Counted from the first letter of the stretch, positions 19,800 to 29,445 are shown. The stretch: 32,000 bases of DNA from Vibrio alginolyticus NBRC 15630 = ATCC 17749 (GCF_000354175.2 NC_022349.1:2010001-2042000), one strand, 5' to 3'. A program made the numbers and translations. The notes: generated from the sequence alone by a model not told the origin.

Positions 19800-20284
19800 G
19801 TAATCAACACGCTGAATACACACTCACCCTAGAACACCTTTGGCAGTTTAGTCTGCAATTTTATGGTGTGCGAGAAGTGAAAGAGGCGTGTTTATCATTA
19901 CAGAACAACTACCACGGTAACGTGAACCTACTCCTGCTGCTCAGATGGCTCGATGAGCAGCAACTCATTTTCCAAGAAAAAGACTGGCCCTTGGTGCAAG
20001 ACTGTCTAGGTAGGAGCGAAACTTTACTTCACTCCTTTCGCGACCTTCGTCGCCACCTTAAGTCTCAAGTCAATGACGCTTTGTATCGTGAGACCTTGCA
20101 GTTTGAGCTGCAACTAGAAAAGCAGCAACAAGCGGATTTGGTGGACTGCATTAACTCACTTGCACTACTCAAAAATGATGGTGACCCACTGACGTTGAGA
20201 TACTGTCGTCAACTCGGTGGGGAGCATTTGCAGCAAGCCTTTGCTATGCCGGTGCCAAACATTCAACCACCAAAACGCCCATAA
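19796..20284 (+). CDS. Conserved hypothetical protein, DUF2390 / TIGR02444-like (assignment from memory)
   Basis: 162-aa ORF whose ATG overlaps the yheS stop (ATGA at 19796-19799). It looks helical and has no recognisable catalytic motif. The family name is recalled and has not been verified. Confidence 0.65.
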   Translation: MSNQHAEYTLTLEHLWQFSLQFYGVREVKEACLSLQNNYHGNVNLLLLLRWLDEQQLIFQEKDWPLVQDCLGRSETLLHSFRDLRRHLKSQVNDALYRETLQFELQLEKQQQADLVDCINSLALLKNDGDPLTLRYCRQLGGEHLQQAFAMPVPNIQPPKRP

Positions 20285-20371
20285 ATCTGTAGAATACCTA
20301 TAATCTTTATAAAGGATTATATTAATAAGTTCTTCAACGGACACCGAAGGACCGCATAAGAGCAGTTAGGT

Positions 20372-21379
20372 ATGACACAATTTTTCGCAGCCGCCGGGAT
20401 CAAAAACCCGCATCTCCAAACGCTTTTGCCGCGTTTTATTCGCAAAAAAGCGTTATTTACGCCGATTTGGCAAACCCTCGATACATCCGATGGCGACTTT
20501 CTCGATCTCGCGTGGAGCGAGGACCCAACCCAAGAGCCTGCACAAAAAAAGCCGATTTTTGTTTTATTTCATGGGTTAGAGGGGTGCTTCTATAGCCCTT
20601 ATGCCAATGGGTTAATGAATGCATTTGCTCAATCTGGATGGCTGTCGGTGATGATGCATTTTCGTGGCTGCAGCGGTAAACCAAACAAAAAAGCACGAGC
20701 TTACCATTCGGGTGAAGTGACGGATGCTCGTTACTTCCTAGAGCACCTTGAACAACGTTTTCCTGATCACCCCAAAGTTGCGGTTGGTATTTCTCTTGGC
20801 GGTAACATGTTGGCGAATTATTTAGCCCAATATAAAGACCACCCTATTTTGAATGCAGCGACTATTATCTCAGCGCCTTTAGACCTAGCAGCGTGTGCAA
20901 ACCGTATTGAACAAGGCTTTTCGAAAGTGTATCGCCGTTACCTACTCTCTTCACTCAAACGCAACGCGTTGCAAAAACATCACTTGTTGCATGGCGAGCT
21001 CGCTTTGTCTTACAACTCAATAAAACGTGTCACACGATTGTATGAATTCGATGATTTGATCACGGCACCACTGCACGGCTTTAAAGACGCACAAGATTAT
21101 TACGACCAATGCTCTGGCTTAAGTAAACTACAACAAATCACGCTACCGACACTGATCATCCATGCCAAAGACGATCCGTTCATGACCGACGATGTGATCC
21201 CGAAGTTTGTTCTGCCAGATAACATTGATTACCGTCTCTTTGAGCACGGCGGCCATGTTGGCTTCCTGACAGGAACGGCGTTAAAACCTAAGTTTTGGTT
21301 GGAGGAAGCGCTGCCTGCGTATTACGAAAGTATCGCCGCAGATTACCTTTCTGCTGTATCCAAGCAACGAACGCAGTAA
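20372..21379 (+). CDS. yheT: Alpha/beta-fold hydrolase YheT
   Basis: 335 aa. NPHLQTLLPRF...TPIWQTLDTSDGDFLDLAWSEDP parallels the recalled E. coli YheT N-terminus. Nucleophile-elbow-like GISLGG is present. Confidence 0.85.
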   Translation: MTQFFAAAGIKNPHLQTLLPRFIRKKALFTPIWQTLDTSDGDFLDLAWSEDPTQEPAQKKPIFVLFHGLEGCFYSPYANGLMNAFAQSGWLSVMMHFRGCSGKPNKKARAYHSGEVTDARYFLEHLEQRFPDHPKVAVGISLGGNMLANYLAQYKDHPILNAATIISAPLDLAACANRIEQGFSKVYRRYLLSSLKRNALQKHHLLHGELALSYNSIKRVTRLYEFDDLITAPLHGFKDAQDYYDQCSGLSKLQQITLPTLIIHAKDDPFMTDDVIPKFVLPDNIDYRLFEHGGHVGFLTGTALKPKFWLEEALPAYYESIAADYLSAVSKQRTQ

Positions 21380-21412
21380 ACTAGCCGCTCATCATAAAAG
21401 TTAGAGGTATTT

Positions 21413-21625
21413 ATGATCATTCCATGGCAAGACATTGCGCCGGAAACATTGGAAAACTTAATTCGTGAATTCGTCTTACGCGAAGGAACGGATTACGGAA
21501 CCGTCGAGGTTTCTTTGCAAGACAAAATTGATCAAGTTAAAGCTCAATTGGAAAAAGGTGAAGCGGTTATCGTGTTCTCTGAGCTACACGAAACCGTCGA
21601 TATTCAGCATAAAACAAAATTTTAG
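21413..21625 (+). CDS. yheU: YheU family protein (UPF0270)
   Basis: 70 aa, [29 protein letters not shown]...; the size, sequence style and position after yheT fit YheU. Confidence 0.85.
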   Translation: MIIPWQDIAPETLENLIREFVLREGTDYGTVEVSLQDKIDQVKAQLEKGEAVIVFSELHETVDIQHKTKF

Positions 21626-21750
21626 ACCCTTCACATTTTACCGTATCCCACTCGATGACAAGGTATTGTTACGTGCTATAGTGGGATATCGACCGTGCAG
21701 TAGTAACTCTACTGCACATTACAGGTAAGTAATTTTCGACAAGGTTTGTC

Positions 21751-22620
21751 ATGTCAGCTAAACACCCAATTATTGCGGTTACTGGTTCGTCCGGTGCCGG
21801 CACGACCACTACATCTGAAGCCTTCCGTAAAATGTTCAATATGATGAACGTTAAACCCGCATGGGTTGAAGGCGATAGCTTCCATCGCTTTACTCGCCCA
21901 GAAATGGACATCGAAATTCGCAAAGCCCGCGAGCAAGGTCGACACATTAGCTACTTTGGCCCACAAGCTAATGACTTCCCGGGATTAGAAGAGTTTTTCC
22001 GTAAGTTCGGGCATGACGGTACTGGCAGCGTGCGCCGTTATCTGCACACGTTTGACGAAGCGGTTCCCTACAATCAAATGCCAGGCACGTTTACACCGTG
22101 GCAAGACTTACCCGAAAACAGCGACGTGCTGTTTTATGAAGGGTTACATGGTGGCGTGGTCGATGGCGATGTTAATGTTGCTCAACATGTGGATTTCTTA
22201 ATTGGCATGGTGCCGATTGTGAACTTAGAGTGGATCCAAAAATTCGTACGTGACACTCGCGATCGCGGCCATTCGCGTGAAGCGGTAATGGACTCAATCG
22301 TGCGATCCATGGACGATTACCTCAACTATATCACTCCGCAGTTTTCTCGTACTCACATCAACTTCCAGCGCGTACCGACCGTTGATACTTCCAACCCACT
22401 TAATGCAAAAGGCATCCCTAGTTTGGATGAGAGTTTTGTGGTGATTCGCCTACGCGGTATCAAGAATGTCGACTTCCCATATCTGCTGGCCATGATTGAT
22501 GGCTCATTCATGTCACGCCACAACACGATTGTCGTACCCGGCGGTAAGATGAGCTTTGCAATGGAGCTCATAGTTCGGCCTATCCTACAACAGCTCATCG
22601 AAACAGGGAAAATTGGCTAA
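21751..22620 (+). CDS. prkB: Phosphoribulokinase
   Basis: 289 aa. MSAKHPIIAVTGSSGAGTTTTSEAFRKMF...EGDSFHRFTRPEMD is near-colinear with recalled E. coli PrkB. P-loop is GSSGAGTTT. Confidence 0.93.
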   Translation: MSAKHPIIAVTGSSGAGTTTTSEAFRKMFNMMNVKPAWVEGDSFHRFTRPEMDIEIRKAREQGRHISYFGPQANDFPGLEEFFRKFGHDGTGSVRRYLHTFDEAVPYNQMPGTFTPWQDLPENSDVLFYEGLHGGVVDGDVNVAQHVDFLIGMVPIVNLEWIQKFVRDTRDRGHSREAVMDSIVRSMDDYLNYITPQFSRTHINFQRVPTVDTSNPLNAKGIPSLDESFVVIRLRGIKNVDFPYLLAMIDGSFMSRHNTIVVPGGKMSFAMELIVRPILQQLIETGKIG

Positions 22621-22860
22621 AAACCTGCCTGCGAAGATGTTTACTTTTCATACCGTGATCATGTGCACAGTTTTGCTTACAAAATCTCAATCATGGCACG
22701 ATTAAAATCAAGAAATCGTTTTCGAAAAAGGATACTATTTCTTACCGAAACACAAGAGAGCTTGCAGCATATAAAAAGTGCTCTTATTCTAGTAGGCCTA
22801 ATTCAGGCTTAGCTAAAATATGGATAGCGCAAGCGTACCCTGCAGAGGAAGTGAGATATT

Positions 22861-23493
22861 ATGGTTCTAGGTAAACCTCAAACCGACCCAACATTAGAGT
22901 GGTTTCTTTCACACTGTCATATTCATAAGTACCCTTCAAAGAGCACGCTAATTCACGCGGGCGAAAAGGCAGAAACTTTGTACTACATCGTTAAAGGTTC
23001 TGTTGCGGTTCTTATCAAAGACGAAGAAGGTAAGGAGATGATCCTTTCTTACCTAAACCAAGGAGACTTTATTGGTGAACTTGGTCTATTCGAGGAAGAC
23101 CAAGAGCGCACAGCTTGGGTTCGTGCTAAATCTCCTTGTGAAGTTGCTGAAATTTCTTTCAAGAAGTTCCGTCAGCTTATCCAAGTAAACCCAGACATCC
23201 TAATGCGTCTTTCTGCGCAGATGGCTCGTCGTCTTCAAGTAACTAGCCAAAAAGTGGGTGACCTGGCGTTCCTAGACGTAACTGGTCGTATCGCTCAGAC
23301 GCTTCTGAACCTTGCAAAACAACCAGACGCAATGACTCACCCAGACGGCATGCAAATCAAGATCACTCGTCAAGAAATCGGTCAAATTGTTGGCTGTTCT
23401 CGTGAGACAGTAGGTCGTATTTTGAAGATGCTAGAAGAGCAGAACCTAATCTCTGCTCACGGTAAAACCATCGTGGTTTACGGTACTCGTTAA
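22861..23493 (+). CDS. crp: cAMP receptor protein CRP
   Basis: 210 aa, [79 protein letters not shown]... with [23 protein letters not shown]. Unmistakable CRP. Confidence 0.98.
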   Translation: MVLGKPQTDPTLEWFLSHCHIHKYPSKSTLIHAGEKAETLYYIVKGSVAVLIKDEEGKEMILSYLNQGDFIGELGLFEEDQERTAWVRAKSPCEVAEISFKKFRQLIQVNPDILMRLSAQMARRLQVTSQKVGDLAFLDVTGRIAQTLLNLAKQPDAMTHPDGMQIKITRQEIGQIVGCSRETVGRILKMLEEQNLISAHGKTIVVYGTR

Positions 23494-23528
23494 TCTCAAA
23501 CTAGAGTGACACGAACAAAATTATAAAA

Positions 23529-23557
23529 GCCACCAATGGCAACATTGGTGGCTTTTT
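23529..23557. terminator. Bidirectional terminator between convergent crp and the DUF1338 gene
   Basis: AAAA-GCCACCAATG-gcaa-CATTGGTGGC-TTTTT: a perfect 10-bp stem with an A-run and a T-run. Confidence 0.75.
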
Positions 23558-23629
23558 ATTTGCTCATGACCAAATGAGATAGGGTGCAGCGAACACTAAT
23601 GAGTAAGCTTAACAGGTTAACCCTAAAAC

Positions 23630-24421
23630 TTAGCCATTCGTACTTTCAAAGATTTTGTCAGCTGAAGCGGCCACGAAACCTGGGTACAAATCACCATTTT
23701 CCATCGGATAGCGCTTAGCAAATTCATAAAACCCGCCAGGGATAATTTCAGTGCCTTCGCTAAAACGAACCGCTACTTTATCTGCCATGGTCGATGACTG
23801 CTCTAGCAACACCTCAGGAGTGCCCTTCACTTCACCACCATTTTCATTAATGGTAAACCCAGCGGTACGCAGATGATCGTTTACCTGCTTCACTTCTTCA
23901 TATTCATTGAGCTGGTTAACGCTCACCGTGAAGTGGTTTGCTCCGTAACCATGCGCCGCAAGCCAAGATGCGTACTCACTTTCTTTAGCCAACGTTTGGT
24001 AATCAGCAAAGCTTAAATCCCACAAGCGTCCACCATGTAAGAATGCGCTATCGTTCAGCTTGTCAGCATCGACTTGTGCCACCAAATTTTTCACAATCTC
24101 TTGTAGCTCAGACGAGCACTCTTCAACTTTTAGCTCACTAATAAATACTTTAGGTTTCTTCGGATCTGGGTGCTCATAGTGCTTAGCAACCAGCTTTTTG
24201 CTTTCGAAAACGTAATCACCACACGCCTTGTAACCAATAGCTACAAATGGCTTAGCTAGAGTTTCAATACCAAGAGGCGCGATATTGAAGGTACGTAAAG
24301 CTATATGATCATTAATCAGAGGCTCATCTTCTTGAAGCAGCTGATGCACTTTAGCCGCCGAAGGGCAAAGACGTTGAATGTAATCTTGCCATAGCGATTC
24401 AAATAACACATCGGGCGTCAT
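23630..24421 (-). CDS. DUF1338 (HglS/YdcJ-type metal-dependent 2-oxoacid dioxygenase/decarboxylase fold) family protein, short form
   Basis: 263-aa ORF with an AAGGAG SD. Motifs DHIALRT, NHFTVSV and GGFYEFAKR resemble the conserved His/His/Glu-bearing motifs of DUF1338 as I recall them. The family call is from memory. Confidence 0.75.
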   Translation of the reverse strand: MTPDVLFESLWQDYIQRLCPSAAKVHQLLQEDEPLINDHIALRTFNIAPLGIETLAKPFVAIGYKACGDYVFESKKLVAKHYEHPDPKKPKVFISELKVEECSSELQEIVKNLVAQVDADKLNDSAFLHGGRLWDLSFADYQTLAKESEYASWLAAHGYGANHFTVSVNQLNEYEEVKQVNDHLRTAGFTINENGGEVKGTPEVLLEQSSTMADKVAVRFSEGTEIIPGGFYEFAKRYPMENGDLYPGFVAASADKIFESTNG

Positions 24422-24669
24422 AACGACTCCTTGTTACGAGATGTAGAGTTTAAAGGTAAGCGGAAGTTGGCTGCTCGTTCACAACAAAAGTTGTCCAGAA
24501 TAATGAACGAGCAACCATCAACCTGTGACGGTAAATGCCAGTCAGTCAACACGCTTTTCCGAGTCTTTGCTCACTTTTCGTGTTCTGCCAACGATCACTA
24601 CAACCCATACCTAAATGATGCGCCGGCAAGGTGAGCCGCAATGCATAGTTGCGACTCTATTATTAAATC

Positions 24670-26127
24670 TTATAGCGCTACACCTGGACTCAATGTTGCA
24701 GGCAAGACAGTTTCTTGACCTTCCATTGATGCCATTGGGTACGCACAGTAATCTGCTGCGTAGTAAGCGCTTGGACGCAAGTTACCCGACGCCCCCGGAC
24801 CACCAAATGGTGCATCACCACTTGCACCCGTTAACTGGCGGTTGCGGTTCACGATGCCGGCACGAATGTGGTCCACGAAGTATTCCCACTCTTGGTCGTC
24901 GGTTGAAACCAAGCCAGCAGATAAACCAAAGCGCGTATCGTTTGCTAGCGCTACGGCTTTGTCTAATCCTTCGTAGCGCACCACTTGCAGAAGTGGGCCG
25001 AAGTATTCTTCATCTGGTAACTCAGCAATGTTCGTTACATCAATGATACCAGGAGAAACAAACGCCGCCTCTCCTGCTTTCGCTTCAATCAAGCTTTCAC
25101 CGCCAAGAGACTGTAGATTAGCTTGTGCATCAAGAATAAACTTGGCTGCCACGACCGAAATTTGCGGTCCCATAAATGGCGCAGGTTCTGCAAATGGTTG
25201 GTCTACGCGAATATTGCGTGTCGCTTCAACGAGCTTGGTGATAAGCGCATCGCCTTTTTCACCCAATGGCACATACAAACGACGAGCACACGTACAACGC
25301 TGCCCAGCACTGATAAACGCTGACTGGATGATGGTGTAAACCGTGGCATCCAAATCACCATATTTATCAGAGATCACCATCGGGTTATTACCCCCCATTT
25401 CTAGTGCGAGCATCTTGCCTGGTTGACCCGCAAATTGACGGTGTAATACATGCCCCGTATTCGCGCTACCCGTAAACAGTACGCCATCAATGCCTTTTGC
25501 GTCAGCTAGGGCGATACCAGTTTCTTTAGCGCCTTGAACAAGGTTAATCACGCCTTTCGGCAAACCGGCTTCTTCCCATAGCTTCATCGCCAATTCACCC
25601 GTCCATGGCGTTTGCTCAGACGGTTTGAAGACTACCGTGTTACCAGCCAGTAGCGCTGGCACAATGTGACCATTTGGTAGGTGGCCTGGGAAGTTGTAAG
25701 GACCAAACACCGCCATCACGCCCAATGGGCGGTGGCGCAATACGATTTGGTTGCCTGCTGCTTCACGGCTCGCCTCACCAGTGCGGTCATGATAAGCGCG
25801 AATCGAAATGGCAATTTTACCTGCCATGGCTGCTGCTTCAGTGCGCGTTTCCCAAATCGGCTTACCGGTTTCTTTGGCAATCACTTCGGCGATTTTTTCG
25901 CTGTTCTCTTTTACTTTCTCCGCAAAAGCCAACACGATTGCCTCACGCTCTGAAAATGGGCGCTTTTTCCAGTCAATAAACGCTTCACGCGCTGCAGATA
26001 CCGCCTGGTTCACCTGCTCTGCCGTTGCACCTTTGCCTTGCCAGATCACTTCTTGGTTGTACGGCGACAGAGACGTAAATGCTTCACCCTGACCTTGTAC
26101 CCATTCACCTGCAATCCAATGTGTCAT
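24670..26127 (-). CDS. astD: N-succinylglutamate 5-semialdehyde dehydrogenase
   Basis: Start moved to ATG 26125-26127 (AAGGA SD), giving 485 aa. [14 protein letters not shown]... is colinear with recalled E. coli AstD (MTLWINGDWITGQG). Aldehyde dehydrogenase motifs LEMGGNNP and GQRCTCARR are present. Confidence 0.92.
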   Translation of the reverse strand: MTHWIAGEWVQGQGEAFTSLSPYNQEVIWQGKGATAEQVNQAVSAAREAFIDWKKRPFSEREAIVLAFAEKVKENSEKIAEVIAKETGKPIWETRTEAAAMAGKIAISIRAYHDRTGEASREAAGNQIVLRHRPLGVMAVFGPYNFPGHLPNGHIVPALLAGNTVVFKPSEQTPWTGELAMKLWEEAGLPKGVINLVQGAKETGIALADAKGIDGVLFTGSANTGHVLHRQFAGQPGKMLALEMGGNNPMVISDKYGDLDATVYTIIQSAFISAGQRCTCARRLYVPLGEKGDALITKLVEATRNIRVDQPFAEPAPFMGPQISVVAAKFILDAQANLQSLGGESLIEAKAGEAAFVSPGIIDVTNIAELPDEEYFGPLLQVVRYEGLDKAVALANDTRFGLSAGLVSTDDQEWEYFVDHIRAGIVNRNRQLTGASGDAPFGGPGASGNLRPSAYYAADYCAYPMASMEGQETVLPATLSPGVAL

Positions 26128-26155
26128 TGTTTCTATCCTTAAATTCTGTCGTCTG

Positions 26156-27175
26156 TTACTGCGGAAGAAGGCGAACGAAATCCCCTTCTTCAACCGAAAG
26201 TGCATCCGCAACGTCTGGTGCGATCATTACGCTCTGTGTTTCTGCGTCATACGCCGCTTTAGTGACTGTCGCACGGAAGTTCTCGAAAGATGAATTACAC
26301 ATCAAGAAGTCTTGTGTGCTGGAATGTTCAGAGATTTTGACTTGCGCACGGAATGAATGACGTACCGACTCAATATTACGCAGATCACACTCAACCGTTG
26401 GGCCACCATCGAAGATGTCGACGTAGCCTCGGTTGGTAAAACCTTCACGCTCAAGCAGCTTCAGCGCTGGACGCGTGTTGTCATGTACTTGACCAATCAC
26501 GGCTTGCGCTTCTGGGCTGAGCAGGTTGATGTAAATAGGCAGTTTCGGCATCAAGTCGGCGATAAAGCCTTTCTTGCCGATACCTGTCAGGTAATCTGCA
26601 AGCGTGAAATCGATAGAGAAGAAATGCTCTTGAAGCCATTGCCAGAATGGTGAATTACCCTCGTCGTCTGAAACGCCACGCATCTCCGCAAAGATCGTTT
26701 CAGAGAAGCGCTCTGGGTGCTCTGCCATCATTAGGAAACGACACTTCGACATTAGACGACCATTCAGACCTTGGCGGAATTTCTCACGCAAGAACAAGGT
26801 ACAAATTTCGCTGTTACCCGTGTAGTTATTACCAAAAGTAAGCAGTTTAACGACGTTGTTAACGCCAAGCTTTGGCGACGAGTGCACGACTTTACTAATG
26901 TGATATGAGTAAAATGGGACATCCCAGCCGATAGATGCTTCGATTCCGGTGGTACCCGCAACCTCACCCGTTTCAGAGTCAAAGCCAACCATCAGGTAGC
27001 CTTCATCGCCTGGTTCTGCCACATCTGGCTTACCAAAGCTGTACTCTGAATGTTTGATTCGATTGGTTAACAGTTCTTCGTTAACCGGTAGAGATGTAAA
27101 TCCGTGACCAGACTCCACCGCACAAGTGTGCAGTGCGTCGTAATCCGACATCGCGATAGGGCGAACTACTAGCAT
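26156..27175 (-). CDS. astA: Arginine N-succinyltransferase
   Basis: Start moved to ATG 27173-27175 (GGAGGGAG SD), giving 339 aa. [15 protein letters not shown]...GFTSLP...EICTLFL...AEMRGV...SPFWQ..IGQVH...IFDGGPT.EC is colinear with recalled E. coli AstA. Confidence 0.92.
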   Translation of the reverse strand: MLVVRPIAMSDYDALHTCAVESGHGFTSLPVNEELLTNRIKHSEYSFGKPDVAEPGDEGYLMVGFDSETGEVAGTTGIEASIGWDVPFYSYHISKVVHSSPKLGVNNVVKLLTFGNNYTGNSEICTLFLREKFRQGLNGRLMSKCRFLMMAEHPERFSETIFAEMRGVSDDEGNSPFWQWLQEHFFSIDFTLADYLTGIGKKGFIADLMPKLPIYINLLSPEAQAVIGQVHDNTRPALKLLEREGFTNRGYVDIFDGGPTVECDLRNIESVRHSFRAQVKISEHSSTQDFLMCNSSFENFRATVTKAAYDAETQSVMIAPDVADALSVEEGDFVRLLPQ

Positions 27176-27284
27176 CAATACTCCCTCCAGATGCAAGAAG
27201 ATCCTAACTATATTGTAGGAACAATTCCCCCATCAGAGATCCTTGACGGGGGTGTCTGCGTTGACGTTTAAACTGATATCGCGC

Positions 27285-28496
27285 TTAAACTAAAGTCGCG
27301 ATCGCTTTATCCAGTTTCGCCAAGCCTTCTTCAATTTCTTGTTGTGTGATAACGAGTGATGGTGTGAAACGTACGACATTGGCACCCGCAACCAATACCA
27401 TGAGACCTTGTTTACCTGCAGCAACCAGCACGTCACGCGCACGGCCTTGCCATTCTTCATTTAGTGCAGCGCCAAGTAATAGGCCTTGACCGCGCACTTC
27501 TGAGAAGATGTTGTACTTCGCGTTGATCTTCTCTAGACCTTCACGGAACATTGCTTCGCGTTCTAGCACACCAGCCAACACCTCTGGCTTAGTAACTTCA
27601 TTTACAACCGCTTCTGCAACCGCACACGCTAGTGGGTTACCGCCATATGTAGAACCGTGAGTGCCCACTTTCATGTGCTCTGCCAATTTTGCTGTCGTTA
27701 GCATTGCACCGATCGGGAAACCGCCACCAAGTGATTTCGCAGTACTTAGAATATCTGGCGTGATACCTAAACCTTGGTAAGCGTAGAAGTTACCTGTACG
27801 GCCATTACCAGTTTGCACTTCATCGAAGATCAGTAAGGCGTTGTGTTTGTCACACAGCTCGCGAACCGCTTGAGCGAACTCAGGCGTTGGTGGCACGATG
27901 CCGCCTTCACCTTGTAGTGGCTCCATCATGACCGCACAAGTACGATCAGACATGTGTGCTTGTAAAGCTTCGATATCGTTGTAAGGAAGGTGTGTCACGT
28001 CGCCTGGCTTAGGACCGAAGCCGTCAGAGTATGCCGCTTGGCCACCAACCGTTACGGTAAAGAATGTACGACCGTGGAAACCTTGTTTGAATGCAATGAT
28101 TTCAGATTTCTCAGTGCCATGAACGTCTGCTGCATAACGACGTGCCAGCTTCAAAGCGGCTTCGTTTGCTTCTGCGCCAGAGTTAGCAAAGAACACTCGC
28201 TCAGCAAAACTCACTTCTGTTAGCTTTTTCGCCAGACGAAGGGCTGGTTCGTTCGTCATAACGTTACTTAAGTGCCAAAGCTTGTTAGCTTGCTCTGTTA
28301 GTGCGTTTACCATTACTGGATGACAATGGCCAAGACAGCTCACTGCAATACCACCAGCAAAGTCGATGTATTCATTACCTTCCTGATCCCAAACACGTGA
28401 ACCTTCACCTTTAACAGGGATCATTTCCATCGGGTTATAGCAAGGTACCATTACCTCATCGAATAAACCGCGCTCTACTTTAATTTCCGTTGTCAT
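27285..28496 (-). CDS. argD: Acetylornithine / succinylornithine aminotransferase (class III PLP)
   Basis: 403 aa. Motifs [47 protein letters not shown] and PLP-lysine [11 protein letters not shown] are present. It is adjacent to pabA (the argD position in E. coli) and is also first of an astC-astA-astD row. Confidence 0.92.
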   Translation of the reverse strand: MTTEIKVERGLFDEVMVPCYNPMEMIPVKGEGSRVWDQEGNEYIDFAGGIAVSCLGHCHPVMVNALTEQANKLWHLSNVMTNEPALRLAKKLTEVSFAERVFFANSGAEANEAALKLARRYAADVHGTEKSEIIAFKQGFHGRTFFTVTVGGQAAYSDGFGPKPGDVTHLPYNDIEALQAHMSDRTCAVMMEPLQGEGGIVPPTPEFAQAVRELCDKHNALLIFDEVQTGNGRTGNFYAYQGLGITPDILSTAKSLGGGFPIGAMLTTAKLAEHMKVGTHGSTYGGNPLACAVAEAVVNEVTKPEVLAGVLEREAMFREGLEKINAKYNIFSEVRGQGLLLGAALNEEWQGRARDVLVAAGKQGLMVLVAGANVVRFTPSLVITQQEIEEGLAKLDKAIATLV

Positions 28497-28857
28497 TGCA
28501 CATTCCTTCTTGATACCGCATGCGTAGCAGATAAGCGAATTTAACCGGCTCTCTTTGCCAGCAAATAATGTTTTGCATTTAAGCTATTGCGGCATTGTAT
28601 TTACATTTAATTAACCATTTCAATAGTGATTTATTCTTTTCGTTCTCGAAAGTAACTTCCATTAATCACTGCTTATGACTATTTATGCATCAAGAAAGTA
28701 AAATAGAGAAGTGATTTTTTATAAATGTTATGTAATACAGGGGATAGAAGGTTTAAAAAGACATGAATAGACAAAGAGACTCGAGAGAATCGCATAGTTT
28801 TGCAATCCGCTCACCTCAGCAAAAAGATGAATGATTTGTTAAGAAAAGTGATCGCGA

Positions 28858-29445
28858 TCAGATCGCTTTGCGTGCTAAAAAGTTCGCAAGCAACTCGTGA
28901 CCTTGCTCAGTTTTGATTGATTCTGGGTGGAATTGCACCGCATCAATTGGCAAGGTTTTATGTTGGTAACCCATTATTTCATCCATGCTTCCGTCAGGCA
29001 GTTCTGTCCATGCAGTCAGTTCAAACACGTCGGGTAAAGTACCGTTTTTCACCACAAGAGAGTGATAACGGGTTACCGTGAGTGGGTTATTCAGATTTTT
29101 AAACACACTACGACCGTTGTGATGAATCGGTGAGGTCTTACCGTGCATCACTTGTCGTGCACGTACCACTTCCCCCCCAAACACTTGCGCTATCGCCTGA
29201 TGACCAAGACAAACTCCTAGGATCGGCAACTTACCAGCGAAGTGTTCTATCGCTTTCAGTGAAATACCTGCTTCGTTCGGCGTACATGGCCCTGGCGAGA
29301 TCACCAAATGAGTTGGGTTGAGCGCCTCAATGCCTTGGATATCGATTTCATCGTTACGCACCACCTTTACGTCTGCACCAAGCTCGCAGAAGTATTGGTA
29401 AAGGTTGTAGGTAAAAGAGTCGTAGTTATCGATGATCAACAACAT
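28858..29445 (-). CDS. pabA: Aminodeoxychorismate synthase component II (glutamine amidotransferase)
   Basis: Start moved to ATG 29443-29445, giving 195 aa. [32 protein letters not shown]...[15 protein letters not shown]...LGVCLGHQ...VQFHPES is colinear with recalled E. coli PabA. A TrpG-type paralogue cannot be fully excluded without a tree. Confidence 0.88.
   Translation of the reverse strand: MLLIIDNYDSFTYNLYQYFCELGADVKVVRNDEIDIQGIEALNPTHLVISPGPCTPNEAGISLKAIEHFAGKLPILGVCLGHQAIAQVFGGEVVRARQVMHGKTSPIHHNGRSVFKNLNNPLTVTRYHSLVVKNGTLPDVFELTAWTELPDGSMDEIMGYQHKTLPIDAVQFHPESIKTEQGHELLANFLARKAI

Noticed and set aside
24431-24634. 67-aa plus-strand ORF in the astD-DUF1338 spacer.
   Set aside because: It has a TTG start with no SD and no recognisable features. 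It runs opposite to both flanking genes through their probable promoter/terminator region.
28540-28560. Sigma54-type promoter (TGGCA...GC) upstream of argD/astC, expected by analogy with E. coli astC.
   Set aside because: On the minus strand the GG and GC elements in cTGGCAAAGAGAGCC are separated by 8 nt rather than the required 10, and the TTGC element is absent.
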